Positions 19,421-29,508 of a stretch of DNA of 64,000 nucleotides are shown here, piece after piece (within the stretch, counting starts at the first letter, position 1; every line of letters starts with the position of its first letter). This DNA is from a virus. Position numbers and translations under genes: made by a program. The notes under the pieces were generated by a model that was given only the letters and a program-made list of their open reading frames with translations, was not told where the DNA came from and made no database searches. The stretch is taken from the IMG/VR virus record IMGVR_UViG_3300020166_000010, one strand, 5' to 3'.

Positions 19421-20137
19421 TTATTCATTGTCTAATTTCCATTTGTCATATCTTTCAACAACATCAATTAAGATCTTAGCTCTTACGATATCTTTTTGTG
19501 TAAATTGGTGGTGACCTATTCCTTTGATACCTTTCATTAGTTCGGTAAAAGGCTCAATCCCTGCTGAGTTCTTTGAAATATCATACTGGCTCACATCACC
19601 TGTTACGATCACCTTAGAGGTCTTTCCCATTCTGGTAACAAATAACATAAGTTGTTTAAACGTGGCGTTCTGTGCCTCATCAAGTATCATGAGTGAGTCA
19701 TCATAAGTATCTCCTCTCATAAACGCTAAAGGTCTAAATTGAATAATTTCAGATTGAACTAATTGTTCGGTTAATACTGGTCCAACTATTTTAGTTAAGT
19801 TAGAAATATATGATTGCATATATGGATCTATCTTTTCTCCGATATCTCCAGGAAGAAACCCTAGTTTCTCACCAGCCTCTTGAATAGGCTTACATAAAAT
19901 AATGTTTTTGATTTTGTTATCTGCAAATAATTTTAATGCAGCGTAACATGCTGTAAATGTTTTTGAAGTTCCGGCAGGTCCAGAGCAAAATGTAATTTCA
20001 TTCTCTAATATGTTTTGTAAATAAGCTTTTTGAGATTGTCTTAATTGTGCTTTTATATCTGCTGGTTTAATAATGACTTTACGTCTGTTAATTCTGTTAT
20101 TTTCGTTTCCGGTTTTATTATCAGAATTCTTCTTCAT
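19421..20137 (-). CDS. phoH: PhoH-like ATPase
   Basis: GPAGTSKT, LGFLPG, FMRG, DEAQN, TRMG and GD.SQ.D motifs. Confidence 0.93.
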   Translation of the reverse strand: MKKNSDNKTGNENNRINRRKVIIKPADIKAQLRQSQKAYLQNILENEITFCSGPAGTSKTFTACYAALKLFADNKIKNIILCKPIQEAGEKLGFLPGDIGEKIDPYMQSYISNLTKIVGPVLTEQLVQSEIIQFRPLAFMRGDTYDDSLMILDEAQNATFKQLMLFVTRMGKTSKVIVTGDVSQYDISKNSAGIEPFTELMKGIKGIGHHQFTQKDIVRAKILIDVVERYDKWKLDNE

Positions 20138-20155
20138 ATATTTATTATGCTATGT

Positions 20156-20413
20156 TTAATCCCCTGCCATTGTAACAAGTTCTTTTAATTTCATTAATTT
20201 ATCACACTTCTCATACTCTTCTAGTCCTTCAAAATACTCTACTAAAATATTAATAAACTCACTTCTCTGGCCAATACCATGGGGTATCTCGATTATATCG
20301 TTTCCTTCTTTGAAAACAACGAATCGATTCACGGTCTTTGTGAAGTTTCTTGTAATGGTGTAGTACGAAGATCTCATTAAAGAGTCTCTGTCTTCTCCTA
20401 GAATATCTTTCAT
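20156..20413 (-). CDS. small protein with C-terminal UVR-like motif (EEYEKC)
   Basis: YFEGLEEYEKCDKL; start reassigned to MKDILG. Confidence 0.65.
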   Translation of the reverse strand: MKDILGEDRDSLMRSSYYTITRNFTKTVNRFVVFKEGNDIIEIPHGIGQRSEFINILVEYFEGLEEYEKCDKLMKLKELVTMAGD

Positions 20414-20522
20414 TTGATTGTATTTATTTTTATGTCTTTCAACATGTAGTATATATTTAGTAGTACCCGGAGATACTACCCATACCATGAAAAAAAATAT
20501 AATGATATTATATTATCAAATG

Positions 20523-20711
20523 TTATTCTGGATTGTTAAATTTTTGCTCGACGTATTTTGCTTTTTGTAATTTAACACGTTTTGCTGCTGAAGGTTTGGT
20601 ATAATCTTTACCTTCGCGAAGGGCCTTAGTTTGGCCTGTTTTATTTACTTTATATTTAAATGACTTTAAAGCCTTTTCTATATTTCCTTTTTCTACTTTG
20701 ATTATTAGCAT
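20523..20711 (-). CDS. rpsU: ribosomal protein bS21
   Basis: MLII..G.NIEKALK.FK.K..KTG..LRE..Y.KPS..KR pattern, Bacteroidota-type. Confidence 0.9.
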   Translation of the reverse strand: MLIIKVEKGNIEKALKSFKYKVNKTGQTKALREGKDYTKPSAAKRVKLQKAKYVEQKFNNPE

Positions 20712-20959
20712 TTTATCTTGTCAATAATTTTTTTAATGTTAGAACATTTTTCGTACTCTTCTAATCCTAGAAAAAAGTTTAATATATTAGTTAGTGCATT
20801 TACTTTTTCTGTAGGATCCGTTTCGCTCTTAAGAGCTTTTTCTTCGCCATTAACAACTGCATTATAAATCATGTTCATCATTGTTTCCTTTGAATCTTCT
20901 CTAAGGATTTCAATTCTATTTGAATCATCTTTTTCGGGAGTGTCTCCTAAATCATGCAT
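20705..20959 (-). CDS. small protein with C-terminal UVR-like motif (EEYEKC)
   Basis: FFLGLEEYEKCSNIK. Confidence 0.65.
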   Translation of the reverse strand: MHDLGDTPEKDDSNRIEILREDSKETMMNMIYNAVVNGEEKALKSETDPTEKVNALTNILNFFLGLEEYEKCSNIKKIIDKIKC

Positions 20960-21743
20960 TGCTTAATTCTTTAATTTGTTGAACGTGTTCTAATTGTTTT
21001 TCACTTAACTCAATATTGGATGTTCTTAATTTAATCATTAAGTTACCATATTGATTTTTATTATATATCGGAAATCCCATGCCCACAATTCTTAAAATCT
21101 TACCATCATACGAATTCTTAGGTACCTTTATCCTAACACTGTTTACTTTTGTGATAACTTCAAATTCACCACCTAATAGAATATCAAAAAAGGGTAGATT
21201 GTAATCCATCCAAATATCTCCGTTAGTTACTATCATTTCAGAATCTGGCATGATATTCATTATTAATATAACATCTCCATTTGGCGCCGAAGAATTAGCA
21301 GGATGGGGAAGTCCCTTTCCTTTTAATTTAAGCTTGGCTCCTTCATGAATTCCTTTCGGTATATTAACGTTAAATGTTGAGTGAGTTGTATCTATTCTTT
21401 TAGTTGTTCCGTGGTAAACTTCTTCTAAAGTTAATCGGATTCTAATGGTAACATCTGATCCTCTTGCATTTTGATTAAATGCATTATCAAACATATTAGA
21501 GAAATCTCCACCAAATTGATTAAAGAAATTATCAAATCCACCTGAACTAAAAGAATTCTTGAGATCATATTCCTTTTTCTTTTGGGAATCACTCAGTGTT
21601 TCGTATGCTTGTGAAATGTTTTTAAATTTGTCTTCAGATCCTCCAATATCAGGGTGGTGGACTTTAACAAGACCTCTATATGCCTTCTTAATATCCTCCT
21701 GACTTGCAGTTGGCTCGAGCCCCAGGATCTTATAGTAATCCAT
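20952..21743 (-). CDS. dnaJ: DnaJ/CbpA-type co-chaperone (no Zn finger)
   Basis: DYYKILG, HPD, a G/F region and a DnaJ C-terminal domain. Confidence 0.9.
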   Translation of the reverse strand: MDYYKILGLEPTASQEDIKKAYRGLVKVHHPDIGGSEDKFKNISQAYETLSDSQKKKEYDLKNSFSSGGFDNFFNQFGGDFSNMFDNAFNQNARGSDVTIRIRLTLEEVYHGTTKRIDTTHSTFNVNIPKGIHEGAKLKLKGKGLPHPANSSAPNGDVILIMNIMPDSEMIVTNGDIWMDYNLPFFDILLGGEFEVITKVNSVRIKVPKNSYDGKILRIVGMGFPIYNKNQYGNLMIKLRTSNIELSEKQLEHVQQIKELSNA

Positions 21744-21916
21744 TATTTGGATTCTTTAGGTGGAATCTGTCTTGTCTGTTTTTTCTTTGCAGCTTTATTA
21801 GATTCTTTAATCTCATTCTTTTTCATATTGATTTCTCTCTTTTCAGAGTTCTCCATCAATTGAGCTATTTTCTCTAAAGCCGTTGCAATTCTAGCGATAT
21901 GTATATTATCTTCCAT
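21743..21916 (-). CDS. small hypothetical protein (57 aa, MEDNIHIARIATALEKI...)
   Basis: Hand-translated; its stop overlaps the dnaJ start. Confidence 0.55.
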   Translation of the reverse strand: MEDNIHIARIATALEKIAQLMENSEKREINMKKNEIKESNKAAKKKQTRQIPPKESK

Positions 21917-21928
21917 GTATTATATATC

Positions 21929-22198
21929 TTATTTAAAGAATTGAATCTGTTCTTTAAGATCTGCACACTTCTCGTATTCTTCAATCTCTTCAAAGTAAAA
22001 CATGGTCTCTTCTATAATGTGCCTGATCATATCGGGATCACGTGTTTTATCCGTGTCGATTCCGTGTTTAACTATAGCTTCGTAGTTCGCACGTGCAAGG
22101 CGGTCCTTGAGGTTATCCAGGTGTTCTTGATCTTCGATCAATATTCCATTGTTTTCAGATTCCTCGTTAAATTCTTGTTCAAATTCAAAATTGTCCAT
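21929..22198 (-). CDS. small protein with C-terminal UVR-like motif (EEYEKC)
   Basis: YFEEIEEYEKCADLKE. Confidence 0.7.
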   Translation of the reverse strand: MDNFEFEQEFNEESENNGILIEDQEHLDNLKDRLARANYEAIVKHGIDTDKTRDPDMIRHIIEETMFYFEEIEEYEKCADLKEQIQFFK

Positions 22199-22214
22199 AT
22201 TGTTTCTTTATTTG

Positions 22215-22272
22215 TTATATGTAAATATAAACCTTTTATTTGATATAAAAAAATCCTGGTGAAAAAACTTTC
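22215..22272 (-). promoter_or_regulatory. early-type promoter without the palindrome
   Basis: TTTTTTTATATC...TATATTTA core (box at 22222-22229). Confidence 0.6.
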
Positions 22273-22280
22273 AATTATTT

Positions 22281-23003
22281 TTAAATAAGTTCCATGCTTG
22301 ATATTTTTAGCATAACATTCATAGTTGCTAAAACATCCTTTTCACAGTAATCCTTTATTCTTTCTAAACCACCTTCCCAATAAACTCTATTAACATCAGA
22401 TCCTGATATGTCATCTTTAGGTGTTGGAATTCCAAGAACATTACATAAAATTCCTAGTGATGCTCCATTATATCCTCCAAACTTCCAAACTTCCAAAGTG
22501 TCTAATAGACAGTTTTCCCATGGCTTTTGTTTTTGAAGGTGCAATTTAGCAGTAGGTGTAATTCCATTTATTAAACATCTTTTAATAATCCACGGAGCAT
22601 CAAACTTTTTAATATTATGCCCTGTTAATTGAACGTTTCCGTTTTTATTAAATACAGCGCCTAGGGTTTGATTAAAATCAGAAAGTATTGTATGCTCATC
22701 ATCTCCATAATATGATTTTATTTTAGAGTGCTGAGGCATGCCAATTTCATCGAACTGTATTTGACCAATTGATATTGTAACTATTTTTCCGAACTCTGGA
22801 TGTAAAGATGCGTTTGATTGATAGAAATCTTCGTCGCTTAGATCTGACTTTTGATTCTCATATGATTTAATTTGATCTGCCTTTTGAAGCCATAAATTGT
22901 GTAGTCCTTCATTAGAACTTTTTAAATCATTTAAAGTTTCATACTGCGCTGTCGTCTCTATATCGATAAACAGCATGGTTTTTAATTCGCTAGCGCTATA
23001 CAT
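22281..23003 (-). CDS. DEDD 3'-5' exonuclease, PolB-related (Bacteroidota-type)
   Basis: FIDIET, PEFGKIVTIS, GHNIK.FD.P, LDT and YCEKDV motifs. Confidence 0.88.
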   Translation of the reverse strand: MYSASELKTMLFIDIETTAQYETLNDLKSSNEGLHNLWLQKADQIKSYENQKSDLSDEDFYQSNASLHPEFGKIVTISIGQIQFDEIGMPQHSKIKSYYGDDEHTILSDFNQTLGAVFNKNGNVQLTGHNIKKFDAPWIIKRCLINGITPTAKLHLQKQKPWENCLLDTLEVWKFGGYNGASLGILCNVLGIPTPKDDISGSDVNRVYWEGGLERIKDYCEKDVLATMNVMLKISSMELI

Positions 23004-23226
23004 TTTTTAATTCATTACGGGTTAATGCTATTTCTCTAATGCTTATAGGATATTTAGTACCTTCCGATTCCATCGTATACCATTTTTCATTATAGTGTTT
23101 AGATAAACTTTCAGATTCCTTAATGAGAGTTCCAAATAATGTAGAACCTGCAAAATTAAAGTAGTATTTCTCTCCAATTTTTGGAGACTTTACTGTGATA
23201 GCTCTTTGTAGTTTTTTCTTTGCCAT
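22996..23226 (-). CDS. hypothetical protein
   Basis: ORF behind a middle-type promoter (23234-23260). Confidence 0.65.
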   Translation of the reverse strand: MAKKKLQRAITVKSPKIGEKYYFNFAGSTLFGTLIKESESLSKHYNEKWYTMESEGTKYPISIREIALTRNELKNV

Positions 23227-23257
23227 ATACTTATTATATATGAAAATACAAAAAAGT

Positions 23258-23491
23258 TTATAATTCCATCCAGGTTGAATGTTCCTTAGTCCCTCTTATT
23301 CGAGTATACACTTCATAATTGACATTTATCTCTAGAAATCCTCCAGATATTGTTCCAGGAAGATCTTTAGGATTAATCCAGTATTCTGGCAATCTGTCAG
23401 TTCTTTCGTTGATAAAATCAAATAAAGCATCTACTTCCATATGGTGAACATATATAGTGATGTGCATACAATTCATATTAGGATATCCCAT
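23258..23491 (-). CDS. hypothetical protein
   Basis: ORF in operon. Confidence 0.6.
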   Translation of the reverse strand: MGYPNMNCMHITIYVHHMEVDALFDFINERTDRLPEYWINPKDLPGTISGGFLEINVNYEVYTRIRGTKEHSTWMEL

Positions 23492-23497
23492 AATTTA

Positions 23498-24088
23498 TTA
23501 TTTATAATGTCCTCCGCCTAGCCAAAGTACGAAAGATTTTCTAGTTCCTTTAGTTACTGGTTTAACAGAATGGAATAAGTAGCTAGGAAATAAAACAACA
23601 TTTCCTTTTCCTCTAGGTGCAATTAAGTTATTTTTATCTAAGGATTCTCCTCCTTGCCAAAAGCATAGGTCTCCTCCTTCATATTCTGTACTATCTGATA
23701 ATTGAACAGTTATAGATACTTTTCTAATAGATAGGGCATGGTCGCCGACGTCTTGGTGCCAATCGTATTTACCAAACTCGGTAGCTTCATATTCAGTATA
23801 CTGTATTAATTCAGGCGCAGAGTGTAAATCAAAATTCCACAATTGGTTATTTGCTTCGCTTGCCATTTGTATTAATTTCTGGTAAAGCCATTCCCATTCC
23901 TCAGTTTGTGGAATCCATTTGATATTTGATTTTCTATCTTCAGTCTTTCCGCCAGCGGTAACTGCTCTATGGTATGGAATATTAGAAACTCCATCTTCAA
24001 TCCACTTCAATTCTTGAGGTGTAAACCCCTGATCAAACCAATAGTACTGGTTTGCCTCGTTTTCTTGTATTTCAAAAAGGTTATTCAT
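23498..24088 (-). CDS. 2OG-Fe(II) oxygenase, prolyl-hydroxylase-like
   Basis: WHQD, RKVS..QLS..EYEGG, FPS..H.V.PVT.G.RKS motifs (HxD..H..R). Confidence 0.9.
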   Translation of the reverse strand: MNNLFEIQENEANQYYWFDQGFTPQELKWIEDGVSNIPYHRAVTAGGKTEDRKSNIKWIPQTEEWEWLYQKLIQMASEANNQLWNFDLHSAPELIQYTEYEATEFGKYDWHQDVGDHALSIRKVSITVQLSDSTEYEGGDLCFWQGGESLDKNNLIAPRGKGNVVLFPSYLFHSVKPVTKGTRKSFVLWLGGGHYK

Positions 24089-25934
24089 TATCTGTATATG
24101 TTATATTTACTGCTCCTTCTTCTTTTCCAAATCTGGATTTTGCGTTGATAGGCCAATATGGATTTTCTTCATATGCCCAGTCATGTTGTCCAAGTTCTTC
24201 AAATCTTTCTTTAATTTGTTCGTTATATCTTGCTGCGATTGTACGTGTTCTTCTTTGGATATCAGCCCTAGATAAATCATGAGTATTTCTATGACCTTGA
24301 TTACTATATAAAAATTGAATATAGCTTAACTTAGGTATCTTACACATGATAGTATTTAAGAATGTTCTAATAATTAATTCGTAATCATCAACAACTGTTA
24401 AACTTCTATTATGTCCTCCAATTTCGAAATATGTAGATCTTCTCCATGCTCTAATGTGATTAGGAACTCCAACAATATGTCTAATTGTTTTTGGATTAAT
24501 ATTTTGTTGATTTGCAGGACTTAACATTCTACCTTGATATTCTTCATCTCGATAGTTACCATATCCTAATGCAAACCCAGGACCATACTTTTGATTTTGC
24601 CATTGTTCATTTACTTCAGCAGTATCTCCATAGAAGAATCCACACTCTGGATGTTTTTGCGCAGCGTTATGTAAATCTTGTGCACATGTTACTGCAAGTA
24701 AATCATCGTGATCTAGTTCTGCAATAATATACCCTCTAGCCATTGCGTTCGCTCTCCACTTAACCTCTCCAATAACACCACCTGATTTTTCTCTAAAATC
24801 ATATAGCTTAACTCTAGGATCGTTTGCTGCAATTTGCTCTGCAATCTTAAGTGTTTTACCACCGTCAGTTGAATCGTTCATTAATACCCATTCCCAATTT
24901 TCATAAGTCTGAGCAGCTACTGAATTGTAAGTGTTTATCAGTTTTTCACCTGTGTTATATATTGGAGTTGTAAAAGATATCATGCTATGATCATCCATGT
25001 TCGTCGGATCTAACATTGCGTTTTCAGAAACATTATATGCAATATCTCCTACATTTTTTAAATCTTCATCATTATCTATATTGATCCATTTTCTTCTAAA
25101 TTGAAGAGGTAGTTTTGATAGATATTTAAAATCAGAAGAACTCTTTCCTCGAGTTACTATTGCATCTGGTTTAAAACTAGATATATTTTTTCTAATGTCA
25201 GTATCGTCCTTTACATATTGAACCTCTAAGTTATCATCCTCATAGTCGAGTATTTTAGTAGTTTTCATAACTGGTTCCCCAGGTCCTATATATAAGATCC
25301 TAGGTAATTTAGGTGTTGATACTTTTTCTAGTTCATTATAATATGAAAGAATTTCATTGATCCAAACAAATGTATCTGGGTGATTCTTATACACTTCCTC
25401 GATAAAGAATCCATCAGCTGCGTAATCTGCAGTGAAACCGTATTTTTCAAAAAGTTCAGATCTAAATAGTATTTGTGCTATGTCGGTTTTTCTAAAACCT
25501 GTAGATTCTGGAGTAGCTTCTCTGTATTTTAATCCAGTAAAATCTTTACCATCAACTGCCTGTCCAACCATTATGATTTTCTTTTCAGAATTTACAGGTA
25601 ACATTGCAAAATCTTCGACTCTTTGATAGAATTCCGGATGCATTATATTGTCGTCATCTAATAAATAAAACCAAGAATGTTCTAAGCTTCTTATTAAATC
25701 GGATGTTTCAGGGTACATCATCCCGCCAGATTGTCCTTTAATAAAATGTATTGTTGTATTTGGTTGGTCTAAAATAGATAACAGATTTGCGTCAATATCC
25801 TTTAGTGCGCCAGTGTCAAACATAATATGCCAATGTACCTCTACTCCTCTTGTTTTAGAAGTATCAAATACAGTTGGTTGTATTTTTAATAAATTAGATG
25901 TTCTCGTACATCTTGTGATTACGTTAATTTTCAT
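24081..25934 (-). CDS. two-domain GT-A glycosyltransferase (GT2-like)
   Basis: N-terminal LDDDN GT-A domain; C-terminal TPIYN..DSTD..LDHDD..DDYEL GT2 domain. Confidence 0.88.
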   Translation of the reverse strand: MKINVITRCTRTSNLLKIQPTVFDTSKTRGVEVHWHIMFDTGALKDIDANLLSILDQPNTTIHFIKGQSGGMMYPETSDLIRSLEHSWFYLLDDDNIMHPEFYQRVEDFAMLPVNSEKKIIMVGQAVDGKDFTGLKYREATPESTGFRKTDIAQILFRSELFEKYGFTADYAADGFFIEEVYKNHPDTFVWINEILSYYNELEKVSTPKLPRILYIGPGEPVMKTTKILDYEDDNLEVQYVKDDTDIRKNISSFKPDAIVTRGKSSSDFKYLSKLPLQFRRKWINIDNDEDLKNVGDIAYNVSENAMLDPTNMDDHSMISFTTPIYNTGEKLINTYNSVAAQTYENWEWVLMNDSTDGGKTLKIAEQIAANDPRVKLYDFREKSGGVIGEVKWRANAMARGYIIAELDHDDLLAVTCAQDLHNAAQKHPECGFFYGDTAEVNEQWQNQKYGPGFALGYGNYRDEEYQGRMLSPANQQNINPKTIRHIVGVPNHIRAWRRSTYFEIGGHNRSLTVVDDYELIIRTFLNTIMCKIPKLSYIQFLYSNQGHRNTHDLSRADIQRRTRTIAARYNEQIKERFEELGQHDWAYEENPYWPINAKSRFGKEEGAVNITYTDNE

Positions 25935-25945
25935 TTAATGTGGTT

Positions 25946-26878
25946 TTATTGTTCAATGTCAAAGAAGAACATGTGGAAAAATCTTGCATTATCAATTGCA
26001 TCTCCAAAGTATTCAGTCGCTGCGTGTAATTGTGATGAGTTAAATATTACTAGTCTATTATATACATTTCCAATATCATCAATCTTTTCAAATTGAGTTC
26101 CATCGTAGAAATTCATTTCTTTATTAGTACCTCTAAATGTGTCTACGTATTCGTCTCCCATTCTAGATTCTTGACCTGGGAATGATGAAATTCCTGTAAC
26201 TTTACTTCGATACATTGCGGTTCCTGTCTGTGGAGGAGCATCTGGCGTTAAGTAAACCATTGCAGCGTACATTTGACTATCTACATGATATACTATAGGT
26301 TGATCTGCCGTACAGAATTGAAATACGCCATTAGCATATCCACCATTATTCCAGTTTGTTATTTTTTTACCTAATACGGTTTCAAGTTTTTCTTTAGTTC
26401 CATCAATAATATATCTAGACTGAGATCTCTGTCCTTTGTGGTATTTAGAAGGTAAAAACTCTAAATTGTTCATAGCATATTCCCTGATTAAATCTGGATC
26501 TGCGTAAAAATTATCAACAACAATAACATCTTTATCTATTCTGTTAAACCCGGATGCAGAAGCTGCCCATTTAGCTAAAGAAATAAGCTCAACTGGTTCT
26601 GCGTCGTTTAAGCTAACCCATAATTTTTTATTAATATCAGCATGTAGGATCATTATATTAAATCCTGTTTTTTCTGGAATTACTCCTTTATAAAAAGAAG
26701 AAACATCTGATCTTTTTTCCCATGAAATATTCAAGGATTTTCCATCTAATAAAACATCAGTTACTATAGTATCTTTATTTATTGAACCTACCCATCCTCT
26801 TGCATACCAATATCCATCGGTGCCTTTAGTAATAGAATCAATGTTTAATTTTACATTGTTTAAATTAGTTTCGTGCAT
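25946..26878 (-). CDS. DUF6445-like 2OG-Fe(II) oxygenase with N-terminal beta domain
   Basis: VIVVDNFY.DPD, H.D, YLTPDAP..GT, YNRLVIF..LH..R motifs. Confidence 0.75.
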   Translation of the reverse strand: MHETNLNNVKLNIDSITKGTDGYWYARGWVGSINKDTIVTDVLLDGKSLNISWEKRSDVSSFYKGVIPEKTGFNIMILHADINKKLWVSLNDAEPVELISLAKWAASASGFNRIDKDVIVVDNFYADPDLIREYAMNNLEFLPSKYHKGQRSQSRYIIDGTKEKLETVLGKKITNWNNGGYANGVFQFCTADQPIVYHVDSQMYAAMVYLTPDAPPQTGTAMYRSKVTGISSFPGQESRMGDEYVDTFRGTNKEMNFYDGTQFEKIDDIGNVYNRLVIFNSSQLHAATEYFGDAIDNARFFHMFFFDIEQ

Positions 26879-26896
26879 TGCTTTAAATTTTAATAA

Positions 26897-26923
26897 TTAT
26901 ACATTAAATGTTTGATTTGTTTA
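26897..26923 (-). promoter_or_regulatory. putative middle promoter TAAAC-N17-TATAA
   Basis: Motif upstream of the oxygenase/GT operon. Confidence 0.6.
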
Positions 26924-26935
26924 TATATTACAAAA

Positions 26936-26962
26936 AAAAAGGATCCCATTGGGATCCTTTTT
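26936..26962 (-). terminator. intrinsic terminator ending the collagen operon
   Basis: AAAAAGGATCCCA-T-TGGGATCCTTTTT. Confidence 0.8.
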
Positions 26963-26995
26963 AATAATAAGTATGTTAGGTTAATATGTAGATAC

Positions 26996-29470
26996 TTATA
27001 TTTGACCTTTAAGACCTCCGCCACCGCCTCCGGTTGCTGTTACTAATCCATTATAGAATGTAACATTGTGTCCCGTACCGAAGAAAATCGTTTCAGACAT
27101 GTAAGAAATAGTTCCGTTAGTTCCTTGATATCCTCTTGGTCCCTTTGGCCCTGTTGGCCCTAATGGTCCTGTTGGTCCTGTAAGTCCTTTATAACCTTGT
27201 GCTCCATCAGCTCCTTTAATTCCTGTAAATCCTTTAGCTCCTTGAGATCCGTTAGTACCTTTAAGACCGTGTGGTCCTCTTGGTCCATTGCTTCCAGTAA
27301 GTCCTTTATAACCCTGTGGTCCTTGTGGATTTGCTCCCTGTGGTCCTCTATATCCATTTCCTGTACTACTACCAGTAGCTCCTTGGAAACCTCTAACTGT
27401 TCCTGTAGGTCCTTTGTAACCTGTAAGTCCTTTGAAACCTGTATAACCTGTAATAGTAGATCCCGTAGTTCCTTTCAGACCCTGTGGTCCGGTATATCCT
27501 TGAACTCCTCTTGGTTCTGATCCTTCGTTACCCTGTGCTCCTTGAGGTCCAATAAATCCTTTAGCTCCTCCAGGTTGTGCTCCTTTATAACCTTGATCTC
27601 CTTTAGCTCCAGTTATACCCTGATATCCCTTAGGCATTGCTCCTTTAGAACCCTGTGATCCCTGTGCTCCTTGTGGTCCTCTATATCCAGTTGGAGAATC
27701 TCCAACTGGGCCGCCGTTACCATTTAACCCTTTATAACCTGTAAGTCCTTTATATGATGTTGGACGTGAACCTTGAACACCTTGTGGTCCTTTTGGTCCA
27801 GTGTTTCCGGTTGGCTGCGCTCCTTTATCTCCTTGAGCACCCTGTGCTCCTTGTGGTCCTCTTGATCCTCCAGGTTGTGCTCCTTTATTTCCTTGGAATC
27901 CTCTTGGCCCTGTTGGTCCAATAAATCCTTTTGGTTGAGCTCCTTTATATCCCTGAGGTCCTTGAGCTCCTTGAACTCCTCTATAACCAGTTGGATTTGC
28001 TCCTTGAAATCCTCTTTCTCCGTTTGCTCCTTTATAACCTGTTGCTCCTGTTGGTGAAGATCCTTGAACTCCTCTATAACCAGTATCTCCAATAAATCCA
28101 GTATACCCCTTTGGCATTGCTCCTTTTAATCCTTGGAAACCTCTTGGTCCTGTAGGTCCAGTTGGTGAAGTTGGTCTAGCTCCTTGGAAACCTCTTGGTC
28201 CCGTATTTCCAGTATCACCTGGAAGAGCGTTATACGCAGGGCCTGTTGGTCCTGTATATCCTGTTGGTCCGTTTGGTCCAATAAATCCTTTTGGACTTGC
28301 TCCGATATTACCCTGTGCTCCTTGGCTACCCTTAACTCCAGTATATCCTGTTGGATTTACTCCTGTATATCCTGTTGGTCCGTCTGATCCTTTATTTCCT
28401 TGGAAACCTCTGTTAGTACTTCCTTGAGTTCCTCTAATACCAGTTGCTCCTTGATAACCCTTTGGCCCGGTTGGTGAATTACCAACCATTCCTTGGAAAC
28501 CTCTTGGTCCAGTATCTCCTGTTTGTGCAGCCGGTGTACTTCCGGTATTTCCTTGGAAACCTCTTTCTCCAGTTGCTCCTTTAGATCCGACTGGATTTGA
28601 TCCCTGTGCTCCTTTGAAACCAGGATAACCTTCAGCTCCTTGAAAACCTTTTGGACTATTTCCAACGTCTCCTTGGAAACCTCTGTCTCCAGTTTGTCCT
28701 ACTTGTGCAGTTTGAGTTGAACCCTGAGCTCCTTTTAATCCAGTTGCTCCTTGTGAACCTTTATGTCCTTTTTGATTTGTACCTGCAGAACCTTGAAATC
28801 CTACATGTCCAACGAAACCAGTAGGTCCAACTGGGTTTAAACCCGTAGTACCTTGATCTCCTTGAAAACCTCTGAAACCTGTTGCTCCTGTTAATTGATC
28901 TCCCTGAAATCCTCTTGGTCCATCAGGTCCAATATCACCAACGTAAGCTGTAATTACATTACCCTGTGTTCCAGTTGATCCTTGATCTCCTTTTAATCCT
29001 TTAAGACCGTTAGTTACTTTACCTGGATCTCCAACTGTTCCTTGATTTCCTCTAAAACCTTCTGGTCCTTCTGGTGAATCTCCGACTATTCCTTGGAATC
29101 CTCTAAAACCTTGATCAGCAGTACCTTTATTTCCTTGAAAACCTCTATCTCCTTGAAAACCTATATTACCTTCGTAACCTTGATGTCCCTTTGGGCTGTC
29201 TCCTTGAAAACCTCTAAAACCAGTATCTCCACCCGGCTCTAACCCTGCAGAACCTTGAACTCCTTTATCTCCTTGAAACCCTCTATCTCCTTGAGAACCT
29301 TGAGAACCTTCAATACCTTGAAAACCTTGATCTCCTTGAAAACCTTTAGCTCCAACAGAACCTTGGTTTCCCTGGTCTCCCTTTAATTCAGGATAGTTGT
29401 TAGCATCAAAGTTACCAGCATGTAGGGGAGTTTCTCCCCCTACAAGTGATCCTGTATTTAATTTTGCCAT
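26996..29470 (-). CDS. collagen-like fibre chain A (periodic 5-residue interruptions)
   Basis: About 758 aa of Gly-X-Y with 32 G-x-x-x-x pentamers; short N- and C-terminal domains. Confidence 0.92.
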   Translation of the reverse strand: MAKLNTGSLVGGETPLHAGNFDANNYPELKGDQGNQGSVGAKGFQGDQGFQGIEGSQGSQGDRGFQGDKGVQGSAGLEPGGDTGFRGFQGDSPKGHQGYEGNIGFQGDRGFQGNKGTADQGFRGFQGIVGDSPEGPEGFRGNQGTVGDPGKVTNGLKGLKGDQGSTGTQGNVITAYVGDIGPDGPRGFQGDQLTGATGFRGFQGDQGTTGLNPVGPTGFVGHVGFQGSAGTNQKGHKGSQGATGLKGAQGSTQTAQVGQTGDRGFQGDVGNSPKGFQGAEGYPGFKGAQGSNPVGSKGATGERGFQGNTGSTPAAQTGDTGPRGFQGMVGNSPTGPKGYQGATGIRGTQGSTNRGFQGNKGSDGPTGYTGVNPTGYTGVKGSQGAQGNIGASPKGFIGPNGPTGYTGPTGPAYNALPGDTGNTGPRGFQGARPTSPTGPTGPRGFQGLKGAMPKGYTGFIGDTGYRGVQGSSPTGATGYKGANGERGFQGANPTGYRGVQGAQGPQGYKGAQPKGFIGPTGPRGFQGNKGAQPGGSRGPQGAQGAQGDKGAQPTGNTGPKGPQGVQGSRPTSYKGLTGYKGLNGNGGPVGDSPTGYRGPQGAQGSQGSKGAMPKGYQGITGAKGDQGYKGAQPGGAKGFIGPQGAQGNEGSEPRGVQGYTGPQGLKGTTGSTITGYTGFKGLTGYKGPTGTVRGFQGATGSSTGNGYRGPQGANPQGPQGYKGLTGSNGPRGPHGLKGTNGSQGAKGFTGIKGADGAQGYKGLTGPTGPLGPTGPKGPRGYQGTNGTISYMSETIFFGTGHNVTFYNGLVTATGGGGGGLKGQI

Positions 29471-29508
29471 GTTATTTTTATTCTTTTTTTATATAATTAA
29501 CTTATTGA

